A stretch of DNA of 64,000 nucleotides, from positions 39,060,001-39,124,000 of the forward strand of contig CM060734.1 in assembly GCA_030704615.1 (NCBI GenBank). The letters run 5' to 3'. This stretch comes from Takakia lepidozioides. Its lineage: Eukaryota; Plantae; Bryophyta. The notes beneath the pieces are model-generated. The model made no database searches, was not told the origin of the DNA, and saw only the letters and a list, made by a program, of their open reading frames with translations. Shown here in pieces: positions 40,516-53,208 of this stretch (the stretch's first letter is position 1; the number at the start of each line of letters is the position of its first letter). Position numbers and translations under genes: made by a program.

Positions 40516-43500
40516 TCAGATATGTGTCTCCTCCTTGAGAAGGCATTTTGTCACTCGTTCTGCTAGCTCGAGATTTCCATGAATTCTGCAGGCACCAAGA
40601 AGGGCCCTCCACATGGAAGCACCTGGTTCAATTGACATTTTCTTAATGAGGTCTTCTGCCTCTTCTAATCGCCCTGCACGGCCAAGGAGATCCACCATGC
40701 AGCTAAAATGCTCCACTGTAGGAGTGAGGTCATGATCTCGACTCATGGAATCAAAGTACAGGCGACCTTCATCCACTAGGCCTACATGGCTACATGCAGA
40801 GAGAAGAGACAGAAGTGTGATAGTTTCGGGCTTCAAGCCTTCCTGTTGCATTTGTTGAAATAGTTGAAAGGCCTCTGCAACACACCCATGCTGTCCATAT
40901 CCTGCAATCATCACATTCCACGACATAACATCACGTTCAGTCATATTGTCGAACACTTGACGTGCGTTCTCCATGCTCCCACATTTGGCATACATGTCGA
41001 CAAGGGCAGTTTCCAGAATCATATCTGGCACAATTCCACCTTTGAGGATGTTGGCATGGATCCCTTTGCCCTTTTCCAGGGCTCCTAGGCTAGCACAAGC
41101 ATGGAGGACACAAGTCACTGTGAACCTGCATGGTGACATCCCTGCCCGCTGCATTTGGTCGTAGATCTTGACAGCTTCCCTATCACACCCATGCCGAGCA
41201 TAGCCTGTGATCATGGTCTTCCATGAGACCTCATTTCGGTTGGCCATACTATCAAATACTTGACCTGCATCCTTTACACTCCCACATTTGGTATACATGT
41301 CAACCAGGGCAGTCTCCAGAATAATATCTTGCCCAATTCCAGCTTTGATGATGTCTGCATGAACCTCTCTGCCCTTTCCCAGAGCTCCTTGGCTGGCACA
41401 GGCATTTAGAATGCAAGTGAATGTGACTTTATCAGGAAATATCCCTTCGTTCTGCATTTGCTCATAGATCTTGAAAGCCTCCCTGCTACACCCGTGCTGA
41501 GCATATCCTCCGATTATTGTGTTCCATGATACCAGATTTCGTTTAGCCATATTGTTGAACAATTGACATGCATCCTTCATGCTCCCACATTTGGCATACA
41601 TGTTGACAAGTGTATTCTCCAAATTTATATATGCTGATATTCCAGCTTTGATGATGTTAGCATGGACCTCCCTGCCCTTGTCGATGGCTCCTAGGCTGGC
41701 ACATGCATTGAGAACACATATGAATGTTACCCTGTTGGGCCTCACCCCTTCAAGTATCATTTTATCATACATCTCCAAAGCCTCACTACCACACCCATGC
41801 TGACTATATCCTGCAATCATGGTGTTCCATGAAACTACATTCCGTCCAGCCATATTGTCAAACACTTGCCGTGCATCCTTTATGGCCTCACATCTGGCAT
41901 ACATGTTGACAAGGCTATTCTCCAGAATGACATCTGGAACAATTCCACTCCTGCCCATCACAGCATGGACCTGTTTACCCTTTTCCACGTCTCCAAGGCT
42001 GGCATACACATTGAGAATGCACGCAAAGGTGACCATGTTTGGTGACACCCCTTCCTGAATCATCTGCTCATAAATGGCGACAGCCTCACTAAACAACCTA
42101 TGCTTGGCATAACCAGCCATCATTATTGTCCATGTAAACACGTCTCGTTCAGGCATGTTCTCAAACACTTGCCGCGCATCCACCATGCTCCCACACTTCG
42201 CATACATGTCAAGAAGGGTGTTGAAAAGAAAAATATTTGGTTTCAATCCACTTTGGCTGATGTGGGAATGCACCTGCCTTCCTTCTGTTAGTTTTCTCAT
42301 ACTGATGCATTCCTGCAGGACACAGATGTATGTATTGGAGTCTGCCCAAATGCCTCGTTGGTTCAAAATATGTAGGGCATCTTTCAAGCGTCCTGCCTTA
42401 CATAGTGTCCTCAAATCCCCGCCCCCGCAAGTGTGGGAAGAGTTCTTATTGATTGTCTCTCTTCGTCCTCTTCCAAAAGCAGTAGTAGCTGTACAGGTGT
42501 CTGAATCAAACAACTGGGCCTGATTCAACCCTGCCACCCTGCATGATCCAAAGCTTTGACTTAGGAACTTGTGCTCTCAAACACAAGTAATATCTCTCCA
42601 AGCTCATTGATACTTCAAAGATAGATGTCTTCATGGGGACAGACTCACTACATATAGCTGGTTACAACTGGGTTACACATACTGATTAGAGCTGGTTGGA
42701 ACTTACAAATCATTCCAAAAGAGTACCTGTTGTGTTCTTGGCCTGGATGACCATGGTGTACATCAAAATTAGAGCGATCACCAGATTGTGCCTGTCCTTG
42801 CGTCATGGTAGGTAGATCTGCTTTCACCCAAGGAGGGTTCCACTCGCCCTCAATCCAAAGGACCTTGTTTGTGCGCTTGTGCTTATGTCTTGAGTCTGAT
42901 GATTTTGGACTTCCTACAACAACCACCAATGAACAACTCAGCAGCCTTACCTCCAAAACAAAGCTCTATAGACTGGGCACAGCCACCAGAGCTCCAATAA
43001 TATTTCAAAAACGTGGAAGAACTTTGAACTACCTACATTCATGCCCTCCTAACAACCTACAAATTTGCTGTTGCTGCGTTTCACAATCAGAATGTCCTAA
43101 ATTTAAGCAACTGGAGATACAACCCAGTAAGTAAAATCCCCATGTCAGAACTACAGGTGTTGCGGAAGACGCCTAAGGGGCTGATTGTAAGTCGTACCAT
43201 TCTGTAAGCATAATGTCAGCTTCTTCGACCACAATGGGTGTATTCTTGCCGGGGTCCTGGATAGAGCCTGGATCGCTTTGATCAGATAAATCAGAGTATC
43301 CAGAAAATTGGGCGAGGGGTTTCATGTCTGTACCCTTGTTCGATTTCCCTGGACGCTTGGGAGGCGCCATCACGTGCGAGGATGTCCAGCATGACATTGG
43401 CAAGGCGGCTGCCCATTTATGCTCCACAGCCGGGATTGTTAATCTGCTGCATGACGTGAGGCTTCCCGCCTCTTCACTGGAAGGAGAAGACACGGCCCTG

Positions 43501-43592
43501 GGTATGATCTCTTTCTGCACCCGCAGAAGCCCGCCGGACTGCTCCGCGATCCCTGTGCGTAAATGCAGACAGCACAGAATCCTGGCAGTCAT
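40516..43592 (-). CDS. PLS-class PPR gene 4 with a half-PDF exon, truncated in E1 (no DYW); complement join(~43592..43334,42913..42727,42538..40516)
   Basis: Exon 1 ends HVMAPPKRPGKSNKG|gt (phase 1) and is homologous to exon 1 of gene 5. Exon 2 reads SPKSSDSRHKHKRTNKVLWIEGEWNPPWVKADL (phase 1 to 2). Main exon has five S motifs and P2-L2-S2 and stops at ...AERVTKCLLKEETHI. Start codon uncertain. Confidence 0.82.
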
Positions 43593-44940
43593 CTTTAGCG
43601 ACCTCCAGTCTTTCTTCTGATGTTTGAATGGCCATCGTACAACCATCGTAGGCTCCAGCTGAAACACTCCAGAGTCTCCCCTCTTGTTTCCTTTCCTTCT
43701 TTTCATACGCTTAAACTGAATCCCTCAAGAACAGCAGAGCTTCAGCGCTGAAATAGAGATAATTCTGCACATAACGAAAGACACCCACCTTCGCACTTCC
43801 GCTATCCAGGATACTACCCGATCCCGGCTTAAAGTTCAGGGATTTCTTGGTTGGGCGCAACAGAAGGGCTGAGTGTTCCAACCTAAGTTAGACACATCCA
43901 AACTGGGTATTTGTATCCTGATACCGTCATGTTCAGGGGCGAAACCAAACAGTGTAAGCATTGTGAATGGCCCATTCAAATGTTTGTTTGCGGACCTCCG
44001 CCCGATGGAATATATATCTTCCTGGAGAACTTCGTATCATCTCTGTTAACATCAAGTTTGGTCGTTTAGTCTTGCTCTGAGTGCCAAGTTTGGTATTCCA
44101 GCTGCCGTTGAAATGAATCAGATTGTTATGGATGTTGTTGGTCTTGGACTCAACGCTCATTCTTTCTCGCGGAACCAGCTTAGTTCTCTGAGCTCTCATG
44201 CGCCCAGAATCTCAATGTGTTCTGCAAATGCCACACGTTCATTCACATACAGTACAGCAATATGTTCTGTAAACCCAGAAATCAGACCCCTACGCCATGG
44301 TGTGTTGCTTTACTTATACTCATAACCCCAGGTTAAGCACTCAAATTCTGGTCAGTTTTGTACATCCAGGGTTTCACAACAGTTGCAGTGCTTTCATTGT
44401 TGTTTCTCTCCCAATCAACCAGCGAACAGGCCGTGGAGGCTGGGGATACCACCCCGTGACCAAGCAACAAGCAAAATGAAGAGTGCTGTCAGAGCACAAA
44501 GTGCACGAAGAGTTGGTAGCCCCGTCAATGTCTTTAGGCTAAGAAATGGAGATGCAATGCAGAGGACTTAGATGAGTAGGAAGACAGCTAGTTTAACCGT
44601 TTGCAGCTGCAGAGGCAAAACTAAACCATGAGAGTGAAGATGTAGTCTAAAATCTGAACTGGGTCTTAAGCGTTGAATCACGAGCACGTCGGTGACGCCA
44701 GTTGCAACGCCCTCCTCACCTCCTCAGGGATGCACGTCAGTAGGTGAGTAAATGCAACAGTTCTCCCAGAATTTTTGTACATGCGACAAACCTCCCAAGG
44801 AGCAGCACATGATGGGTTCACACCTACACATGGTCCGTGAAGCTGGATGATCATCTTCCCTGTGGTGAGATGATTTCTTGCGTCGGGGTTCGAAGTGCAC
44901 GGACCACAAAATATCTTTGCTTCTCTCGCAACTGGTGGGG

Positions 44941-47900
44941 ATGGCAGCGTCCCCGGGCAGTCTCCGGAGCTCGCATGCGGATTCCATACCCAAGGCCGTG
45001 TCTACTTGTTTCGGTCACGCGAGAGGCCTCACATCATGCAGAAGACTAAAGGGCTGGGCTGTGGAGGTGAAAGCGGCATGCCCATTGGCAATGCGTCAAG
45101 GACGGAATCCCTTGCGAGTGGTGGCTATGGCACCTCCCAAACCCTCAGGGATGCCAATGAAATCAGGTAATAGCACGAAACTTTGGCGGTTTTGTTTTTC
45201 TGGGGTCGCTGTGTTGTATGCACCTTAGGATCCAGGCTGATGCAGGACAAACCAATCTAATCTGGTAGATGAAGCAAGAAAGCACAGAGGATAGTCACAC
45301 AAGGGAAAAAATTGGTCTCTCTGGCACGTAGGTCAATGCTGGACCATGGAACAACGCTGGCAGGAGTTCCTTAAAGATCCTGCACAATGGTGGGCCTACA
45401 GCGTTGACAAGGTGAGCTTTCTTTATGTAGGATGGGAAGGAGTCTGTCACAGAGGGAGTTTGACTGCCTGTGGTACGATTATAGTTTGTGGACTGGACCA
45501 TGTCCCTCCTTATTGTGTGAAGTTGGAATCTCTGTTTGTCTGTAAACACCCCTCTTACTGGGAGTATTGTCTGTGGACTTTGATTAACACCCTGATGGCT
45601 TTCGCAGGACAATCCAAGATCAACGGACTACAGGCATATGGGCACACAAGAGGTCCATTGGATTGAGAGTTGGTTGAATCATCGTTGGGGGAAAGAAAAG
45701 CTAGCTGCTGCTTTCATGACACCAGGTGAAGGACAATGTGGTGAGAGCCCTGTCTTATTCAACACCTTTAGGCTCTTATCAGATTAGTTCCTAGTTTTTC
45801 CATGTTAAGTTTTGTCATTTGTCTTGTCTCGTTGAATCTATGTTGAAATCTATAGTGAGTTCGAGGGTTTTTCACATTAAATGCTGATGGGGTGACAGGC
45901 AAATATTGGATAAAAAACAGAGATGAGCAAAAGCTTTGGAAGGAATGTTTGTTGAACTCCAGTCAATGGTGGGACAATCAAGGCAGAAAGGTGAATGTTT
46001 TCTGAAGAAGATGGATTGAAAAGCTTTCTTGCAAATTGTGAAGTCTTGTGATCAATTCAGCATTGGAACTAGGCTCTGGTAAGTAGGGTTGAGGGCTTTG
46101 CTAGATAACGTTTGCAATTGTCATCATCAGCTGCTAGCGGCAACTTGGAGGATGCATTGTTGCTGACGCAGGGATAACTGAAGGAGGCAGGCATGGAGTG
46201 TGGGTCCAGATCCATCTGAGAGGGACATATTTCAAGATCAAGAGTACCAGTGAGCTGCTGTGGATTGATAGCTACAAGAAACCTCCATGGGCAGATGATC
46301 AGCTGGAAGCAGCAGCAGCAGCACAGCTGATAAAATCAGGCACCTCCACCATGACCATTGTTTCCGAAAGAAGACCAAGAGAGGGAGTCCACAAGATCTC
46401 TTTTGATGCGTCTGGGCATGTGAGGACACTATGTGATGCAGGACAACTGAAAGAGGCTCTGAAACTTTTGAATCAAGGTGGTATTTCGGCAGATTCAGAT
46501 ACTTATGTCTGTCTCTTGCATAGGTGCATAGAAATGAAAGGCCTGGCAGCAGGAAAGCAGGTGCACGCTCACATTATCGAAAGTCGATTCAAGCCAAACA
46601 TGTTTCTGCACAACACCCTTGTCAACATGTATGTCAAATGTGGGAGCATCATCGAGGCACACCAAGTGTTTAACAAAATGCCTGAACGTGGTTTGATCAC
46701 CTGGAACATAATGATGGCAGGATTTAACAAGCATGGGTATGGTAAGAATACCTTGGAGACATATGAGCAAATGAGGCGGGACGGGGTGAAGCCCAACCAG
46801 GTCACATTTGTTTGCGTTTGCAATGCATGTGCAAGCCTGGCAGCCCTGGAAAAGGGCAAAGAGGTCCATGCTGACATCATGAAAGCTGGAGTTGTACCAA
46901 ATACGATTCTGAACAATACCCTTGTGGACATGTACTCTAAATGTGGGAGCCTTGAGGATGCAGAGGAAGTGTTCGACAATATGGCTGAACGAAATGTGGT
47001 GTCCTGGAGTGCGATGATCGCAGGATATGCCCAGCATGGTCGTGGGGTGGAGGCTTTGGAGATCTATGAGCAAATGGGGCAGGAAGGGGTGAAGCCCAAC
47101 CATGTCACGTTCCTTTCGATTTGCAAGGCGTGTGCGAGCCTGGCAACCCTGGAGAAGGGCAAAGAGGTCCATGCTGACATCATGAAAGCTGGAATTATAC
47201 CAAATATGATTCTGAACAATACCCTTGTGGACATGTATGCCAAATGCGGGAGCATGAAGGATGCAAAGGAAGTGTTTGATAGTATGGCTGAACGAGATGT
47301 CGTGTCCTGGAATGCAATGATCGCAGGATATACCAAGCATGGGTGTGGGATGGAGGCTTTGGAGACCTATGAGCAAATGATCCAGGAAGGGGTAAAGCCG
47401 GACCATGTCACATTCATTGCTGTTTGCAATGCGTGTGCCACCTTGGCAGCCCTGGAGAAGGGCAAAGAGGTCCATGCTGAGATCAGGAGAGCTGGGATTG
47501 TACCAAATATGGTTCTGAACAATACCCTTGTGGACATGTATGCCAAGTGCGGGAGCATGAAGGATGCAATGGAAGTGTTTAAAAATATGGCCGAACGAGA
47601 TGTGGTCTCCTGGAGTACGATGATTGCAGGGTATGCCCAGGATGGGTGTGGGGTGGCAGCTTTGGAGACCTATAAGCAAATGGTGCAGGAAGGGATGAAA
47701 CCCAACCAGGTCACATTTGTTGCTGTCTGCAATGCCTGCGCAAGCCTGGCAGGCCTGGAGAAAGCCCAGGAGGTCCACACTGACATCACGAAAGCTGGAA
47801 TTGTACCAAATATGATTCTGAATAATACCCTTGTGGACATGTATGCCAAATGTGGGAGCATGAAGGATGCAAAGGAAGTGTTTGATAACATGGCTGAGCG

Positions 47901-49620
47901 AGATGTGTGGTCCTGGAATACAATGATAGCAGGATATAACAAGTGTGGGAGCATCCACGATGCAAAGGAAGTGTTCAACAATATGGCCCATCGAAATGTG
48001 GTGTCCTGGAATTCGATGTTAGCCGGCTATGTCAAATGTGGGAGGATCAAGGATGCAAAGGAAGTGTTCAATAATATGGCTGAACGAAATGTGGTGTCAT
48101 GGAATGCAATGATCGCTGGATATACCCAACATAGGTGTGGGGTGGAGGCTTTGGAGATGTATGAGCAAATGATGCACGAAGGGGTGAAGCCCAACCAGGT
48201 CACATTTGCTTGTGCTTGCAATGCGTGTGCGAGCCTGGCATCTCTGGAGAAGGCCAAAGAGGTCCATGCTGACATCATGACAGCTGGAATTGTACCAAGT
48301 ATGATCTTGAACAATACCCTCGTGGACATGTATGCAAAATGCAGGAGCATGAAAGATGCACAAGCAGTGTTCAACAATATGGCTGAACAAGATGTGGTGT
48401 CCTGGAATGCGATGATCGCAGGATATGCCCAGCATGGGTGTGGGATGGAGGCTTTGGAGACCTATGAGCAAATGATGCAGGAAGCGGTGAAGCCCAACCA
48501 GGTCACGTTTGTTTGCCTTTGCAATGCGTGTGCGGGCCTGGCAGCTCTGAAAAAGGGTAAAGAGGTGCATGCTGACATGATGAAAGCTGGAATTATACCA
48601 GATACGATCCTGAACAATACCCTTGTGGATATGTACGCCAAATGTGGGAGCATCAAGGATGCAAAAGAAGTGTTCGACAACATGACTGAACGTGATCTTG
48701 TGTCCTGGACTGCAATGATCACGGGATATGCTCAGCATGGCTGTCATAGGGAGGCCCTACAACTATTCAAAGTTTTGCAAAACGAAGGCTTGAAGCTGGA
48801 CATTATCGCTTTTATTTCTGTTCTCTCTGCATGTAGCCATGTTGGCCTGGTGGATGAAGGCAGACATTACTTCAATTCCCTGAGTCAGGATCATGGCATA
48901 ATGCCAACAGTAGAGCACTTCGGCTGCATGGTTGACCTTCTTGGCCGTGCGGGGCAATTGGATGAGGCAGAGGACTTCATTAACAAAATGCCAGTCAAAC
49001 CAGATGCTGTGGTATGGAAGGCCTTGCTTGGTGCCTGCAGAATTCATGGCAATGTGATGATGGCAGAACGTGCAGCAACATCTATCCTCAAGTGGGATCC
49101 AAAGGATGCTGCAACTTACGTGTTGCTATCAAACATCTATGCTGCAGCTGGCAGGTGGGCTGATACTGCAAAGGTGCGAAAAATGATGAAGGTCAGAGGG
49201 GTCAGAAAGGAGCCAGGTTGTTGCTGCATTGAGGTCGGCAACAGGGTGCACACCTTCATTGTAGATGAAAAATTGCATCCAGAAACTCAGGAAATCCATG
49301 CTGAGCTGCAAAGATTGCAAGGGCAGATGCAGGAGGCAGGGTATGTGCCTGATATGTGCTGTGTATTGCATGATGTGGAGGTGGAGCAAAAAGAATTTAC
49401 TCTTTGCCACCATGGTGAGAAGCTGGCCATTGCATTTGGAGTGATCAGCACGGCCCCAGGAACTCCTCTTCTTGTCATCAAGAATCTTCGGGTGTGTGGT
49501 GATTGCCACACAGCCACCAAGTTCATCTCAAAGATTGTTGGACGAGCAATTGTTGTACGGGATGCAAACCGATTTCACCACTTCAAAGATGGGATTTGTT
49601 CTTGTGGGGAGTACTGGTGA
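44941..49620 (+). CDS. PPR gene 5: putative transit peptide + 2 OSB-type PDF motifs + long PLS PPR array + E + DYW; join(44941..45166,45332..45411,45608..45725,45899..45990,46210..49620), 1308 aa
   Basis: Four GT-AG introns with phases 1,0,1,0 give one open frame. PDF-like 1: EQRWQEFLKDPAQWWAYSVDK|DNPRSTDYRHMGTQEVHWIESWLNHRWGKEKL. PDF-like 2: QKLWKECLLNSSQWWDNQGRK|IHLRGTYFKIKSTSELLWIDSYKKPPWADDQL. Then seven S motifs plus two SS motifs, PGCCCIEV, HGEKLA, CGDCH, CSCGEYW. The PPR-DYW part is very secure; the 5' exon model is predicted only. Confidence 0.88.
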
Positions 49621-52600
49621 ATGACTTTTTCCTTGTAAGGCGTGAGTGTCTTGCTTCATCCACATGAAGACTATGCAGCTGCTTAGTTGATCCACCCTGG
49701 GAATGTCGGCAGTGACGTACTGTTGAGGGCATTCCTCGTGGTGTAGATTGTAAGGTCTACCAGTGAGGAGGTGGTAACTAATCCTGAAATGGTGATATGC
49801 TAACTCACGACCAATGGCAATCTGACTGCAGGCATGAACTGTTGGTGTACACGGTGGTCTACATTGAAAAGAGAGGGGAGAAAGGATGTACACTCGTGAG
49901 ACATTGTTGCCGTACCCTAAGAAATTAGAAAGAGAGAGATCTTTCATATCCTGCACCTACAGGGTCCCGGGAAGTGTTCCGTGCAGGGGGTGATTTCGGA
50001 TGTTCTACAACCTGGGAAAGACAGGTATGTATGGATCGTTTGCTACCCAGGTTTCTTTCCCAATATTATGTGATCGTACCTGTGCAATAGTGCAATCATA
50101 TATATTTCTTCAGCCGTATTGTTCTCTCAGTATATTTCTCGTCTCCCACTCAACCGCGTGGTCCTGCTGTACACTTTCAAGGGTGCAAGAAAAGAAGCAT
50201 GCGCATACTTGTGAGACTAGGTTTCCATCGAGAGTGGAATTGTATTTTTAGATAATCAGGCCTCTACTGCAAGATGAATCGCGGAAGGAGATTGTGCAAT
50301 CACTACTGGTGCCACTGATAGGAAGCCACTGGTAATGCACATCCTCATATGTGCTTTTTTGGTGTGTGACACTGCAGAGGTTTTGGGATTGGCCATGCCT
50401 ACATCAAATCTTCCCAGCGATCTCATACCCCATTTGACTTTTGAAGTACAAGCTCAGAGGAGTGCAATGGATCAACTGCATTTTCCACAAGAAAACATAT
50501 CAAGTTCGGATACTTCACAATGAAAGCTGAAAGATCAGCAGTCTCAAAGACACATCCTTCCATTGGCCTCAGTATGTTGTGTAAAACACTGCATCAAGCT
50601 TCTTTTGCTTTCATTTGAAAATGCCACACAGATCGCAGTCATGATGGTCAAGAGATCGCAATGTACAGTGGTTGATATTTATACCACAACTGCCCCTAGT
50701 GTTGAACCACATTGCAACAAGTGACCTCAAATGAATATGGTGTTGTGTTGTGTCGAAGTGAGAAAATGAATCCCCTGTGGAAATTGTCGTTAGGTGAGAG
50801 AGGACGAAAGGACACGGCCAGCTCCGTTGTGTATACACAATTTATCAATTAGATGTAGCCAAGCTGTCGTCTATATTGATGGCAGGTCCCTAGAGATCCA
50901 GTATTGATGACGGTAGAGATCCAGTGTTGATGACGGTGATGCTATACAGCACGTCTTGTGAATTGGAATGTCGTGACAATTGTGTGCTTGCCCCACCGCG
51001 CGACTTCTCTAGGACCTAAGTAACTTGTGGTAGGTAGGTAGATAGAGTTTGTCAGTGGTTTCTCCAGGATTTCTTTATGAACGAGATTCCTGGTGGGGAA
51101 GATCCTTGACTGGCATTGCAAGGACAAAGTGCAGAGAGTTAAGGCACCAGGGACCCCGAAATTCCAGTGGAAAGGACTGCTGACAGGGGATGGCTCATGA
51201 GTCGACAGCTCACTTGTGCCGTCTACACTACTTGCCCTTGCAGCAAAGTTCCCTGGCAGAGTGGGCATCTTACCCTGTGTGGCAAGTGTCGCCACACACT
51301 TGGTCTGCATACATACATACATTGATAAGCCTGCTGCCTGCAAGTCTCCAACCCATCAATTGGTGATTTCAATGAAATGAGGGTGGCCCAAAAACATTTA
51401 GAGAAGTTGAAGTCATTTAAATATATATTTTTTTAAAATAAAACTCATGACCTGCCCTTACACACGCCCCGCGGGCTTCTATAACAACAAACCCTTTATA
51501 ACCATGATCGGCAACACAAAAATGAGCATAGATTATGCATATCCGCCGGACAACAAAAATCTTAATATCCTCACAAACCCGGGCCTGGTGGGCTTCTAAT
51601 GGGTTTCCATATGGACAAGTCCTGGCCCGTAGGTCATGTTCTCAATGACATACCCGCCCAACACTGGTCCAGACAGTGTTTGACAGAAGAGATCTCTATA
51701 GGTTGCCACTGTTGATTGCATCATTAGAAAAAGGACTCCAGCGGGAGCTAGTGTAAGGCGTGTAAGGAGCGCCTTTTGCATTTGTGAGGCACTCAATTAC
51801 GTGTAAATGATGCACGAAGACTGCATATGAATGTTTGTAGAGAGACTACCGTAAGTGTTTTGTCAGGTGGATCATGTGCATGATGTCATGTGAAACGTTG
51901 GCACCGCTGATCTGAGCTACGCTGGAAAGTGAAGCGAAAGGGACGAGGTGGATTGTAGCGGAGAGAAGATCCGACAAGAAACGTGCAGAGACGCAGGGGT
52001 GGGGATGCCATTGGTCGGAGAGTACGTCACTTTATCCCCTCTCAGCTCTCCGAGACACACACAAGTTGCAGGGTGCAGAGGGCGTTGCACAAGAGGCGCC
52101 GCCGCACTTGACAAGGGCACTAAAGGCGTGGCGTGCTTGTCCTCTCGTCATCTTCATTCCCTGCCAGCTTTTGGACCTGCGATGCCCTTCCACGCCGCCT
52201 GCGCACAGGAATCCCCCGCCCCACTCATACAAACAGATCAGGATTCTGCAAGACCTAAACAAACAGTATATGTATCCACACACACACACTAAGACACCAA
52301 ATGGGTTTGGGTGGTCGAGCAGGATGAAAGTACGGGTCCACTCAGCCTCGAAGAGTCAGTATGGGGATGAAAGACTGAGGAGGAAGGTGGTGGGGACACG
52401 GTCTATCCGATCGGCAAGCTCGATAAAGCCAGATTGTTGTGTGCGCCCTGTTTCTCTCAGGAGAGAGGGGCTCCTGTGTGTGTACCCTTTCTTTTCTCCA
52501 TGTAAGATGTTCCTTTTTCTGTGATATATATCTCTTCATTCTTCTGTCTTTGTGGAATTGGGTTCTTTTGGGGGATGTATGAAGGTTAATGTTTAAATTT

Positions 52601-53208
52601 TGATCGATACTCTCTCCTGTCGTTTGTTTGTCGTTGCGATCACTCTTTTGCTGGCTTTCTTCGACGTTGTTTGGCGATTCGCAAACACGTGCATAACAAG
52701 TCTGACGGGCCAGACTTTGATAAGGCATGTAGTCATGTTGATGTCCGAGTAAATAGAAATTGTCTGTTAACCTCGATTTGTGACCTGTCTTTCCTGTCTT
52801 TCTCGCGATGGATGTGCGGTGTTGTTTCTTCTTAACACCGCAAGTCCTCATTCAGCTCTGTTGTTTCTTGTTCAGAATGTTTGGACCAGAAGTTATTTGT
52901 TCAAGGACTAAAGGTTTATAAAAGGCTCCTCAGAAAGCTCACGAATGGACCTCCAAGCTACCACAATATATTTGTAGCAAGCCCTAAAAAGATGTTCGAA
53001 GGGGAGAGCCGCTGGCGGGAAAATTCGGATATGGATCGAGTCAATCATCAGGCATGAATTTGCCTTACTTATGTCCAAATTTTGTTTTCTATCTGCTTTA
53101 GTCGTCATCTTCTTGGTGTTTGTATTTGTCTTCTAGATTATTTCTTGTTGATTGCTTTGATTGTAGATATACTGGAAAGTAGAGGGGAGAGAGAGGGTAG
53201 AGAAAGAG

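Noticed and set aside
46495-47991. 498-aa antisense ORF, and many shorter antisense ORFs over the PPR genes
   Set aside because: Shadow frames of the repetitive PLS coding sequence. His/Leu-rich, with no independent domain.
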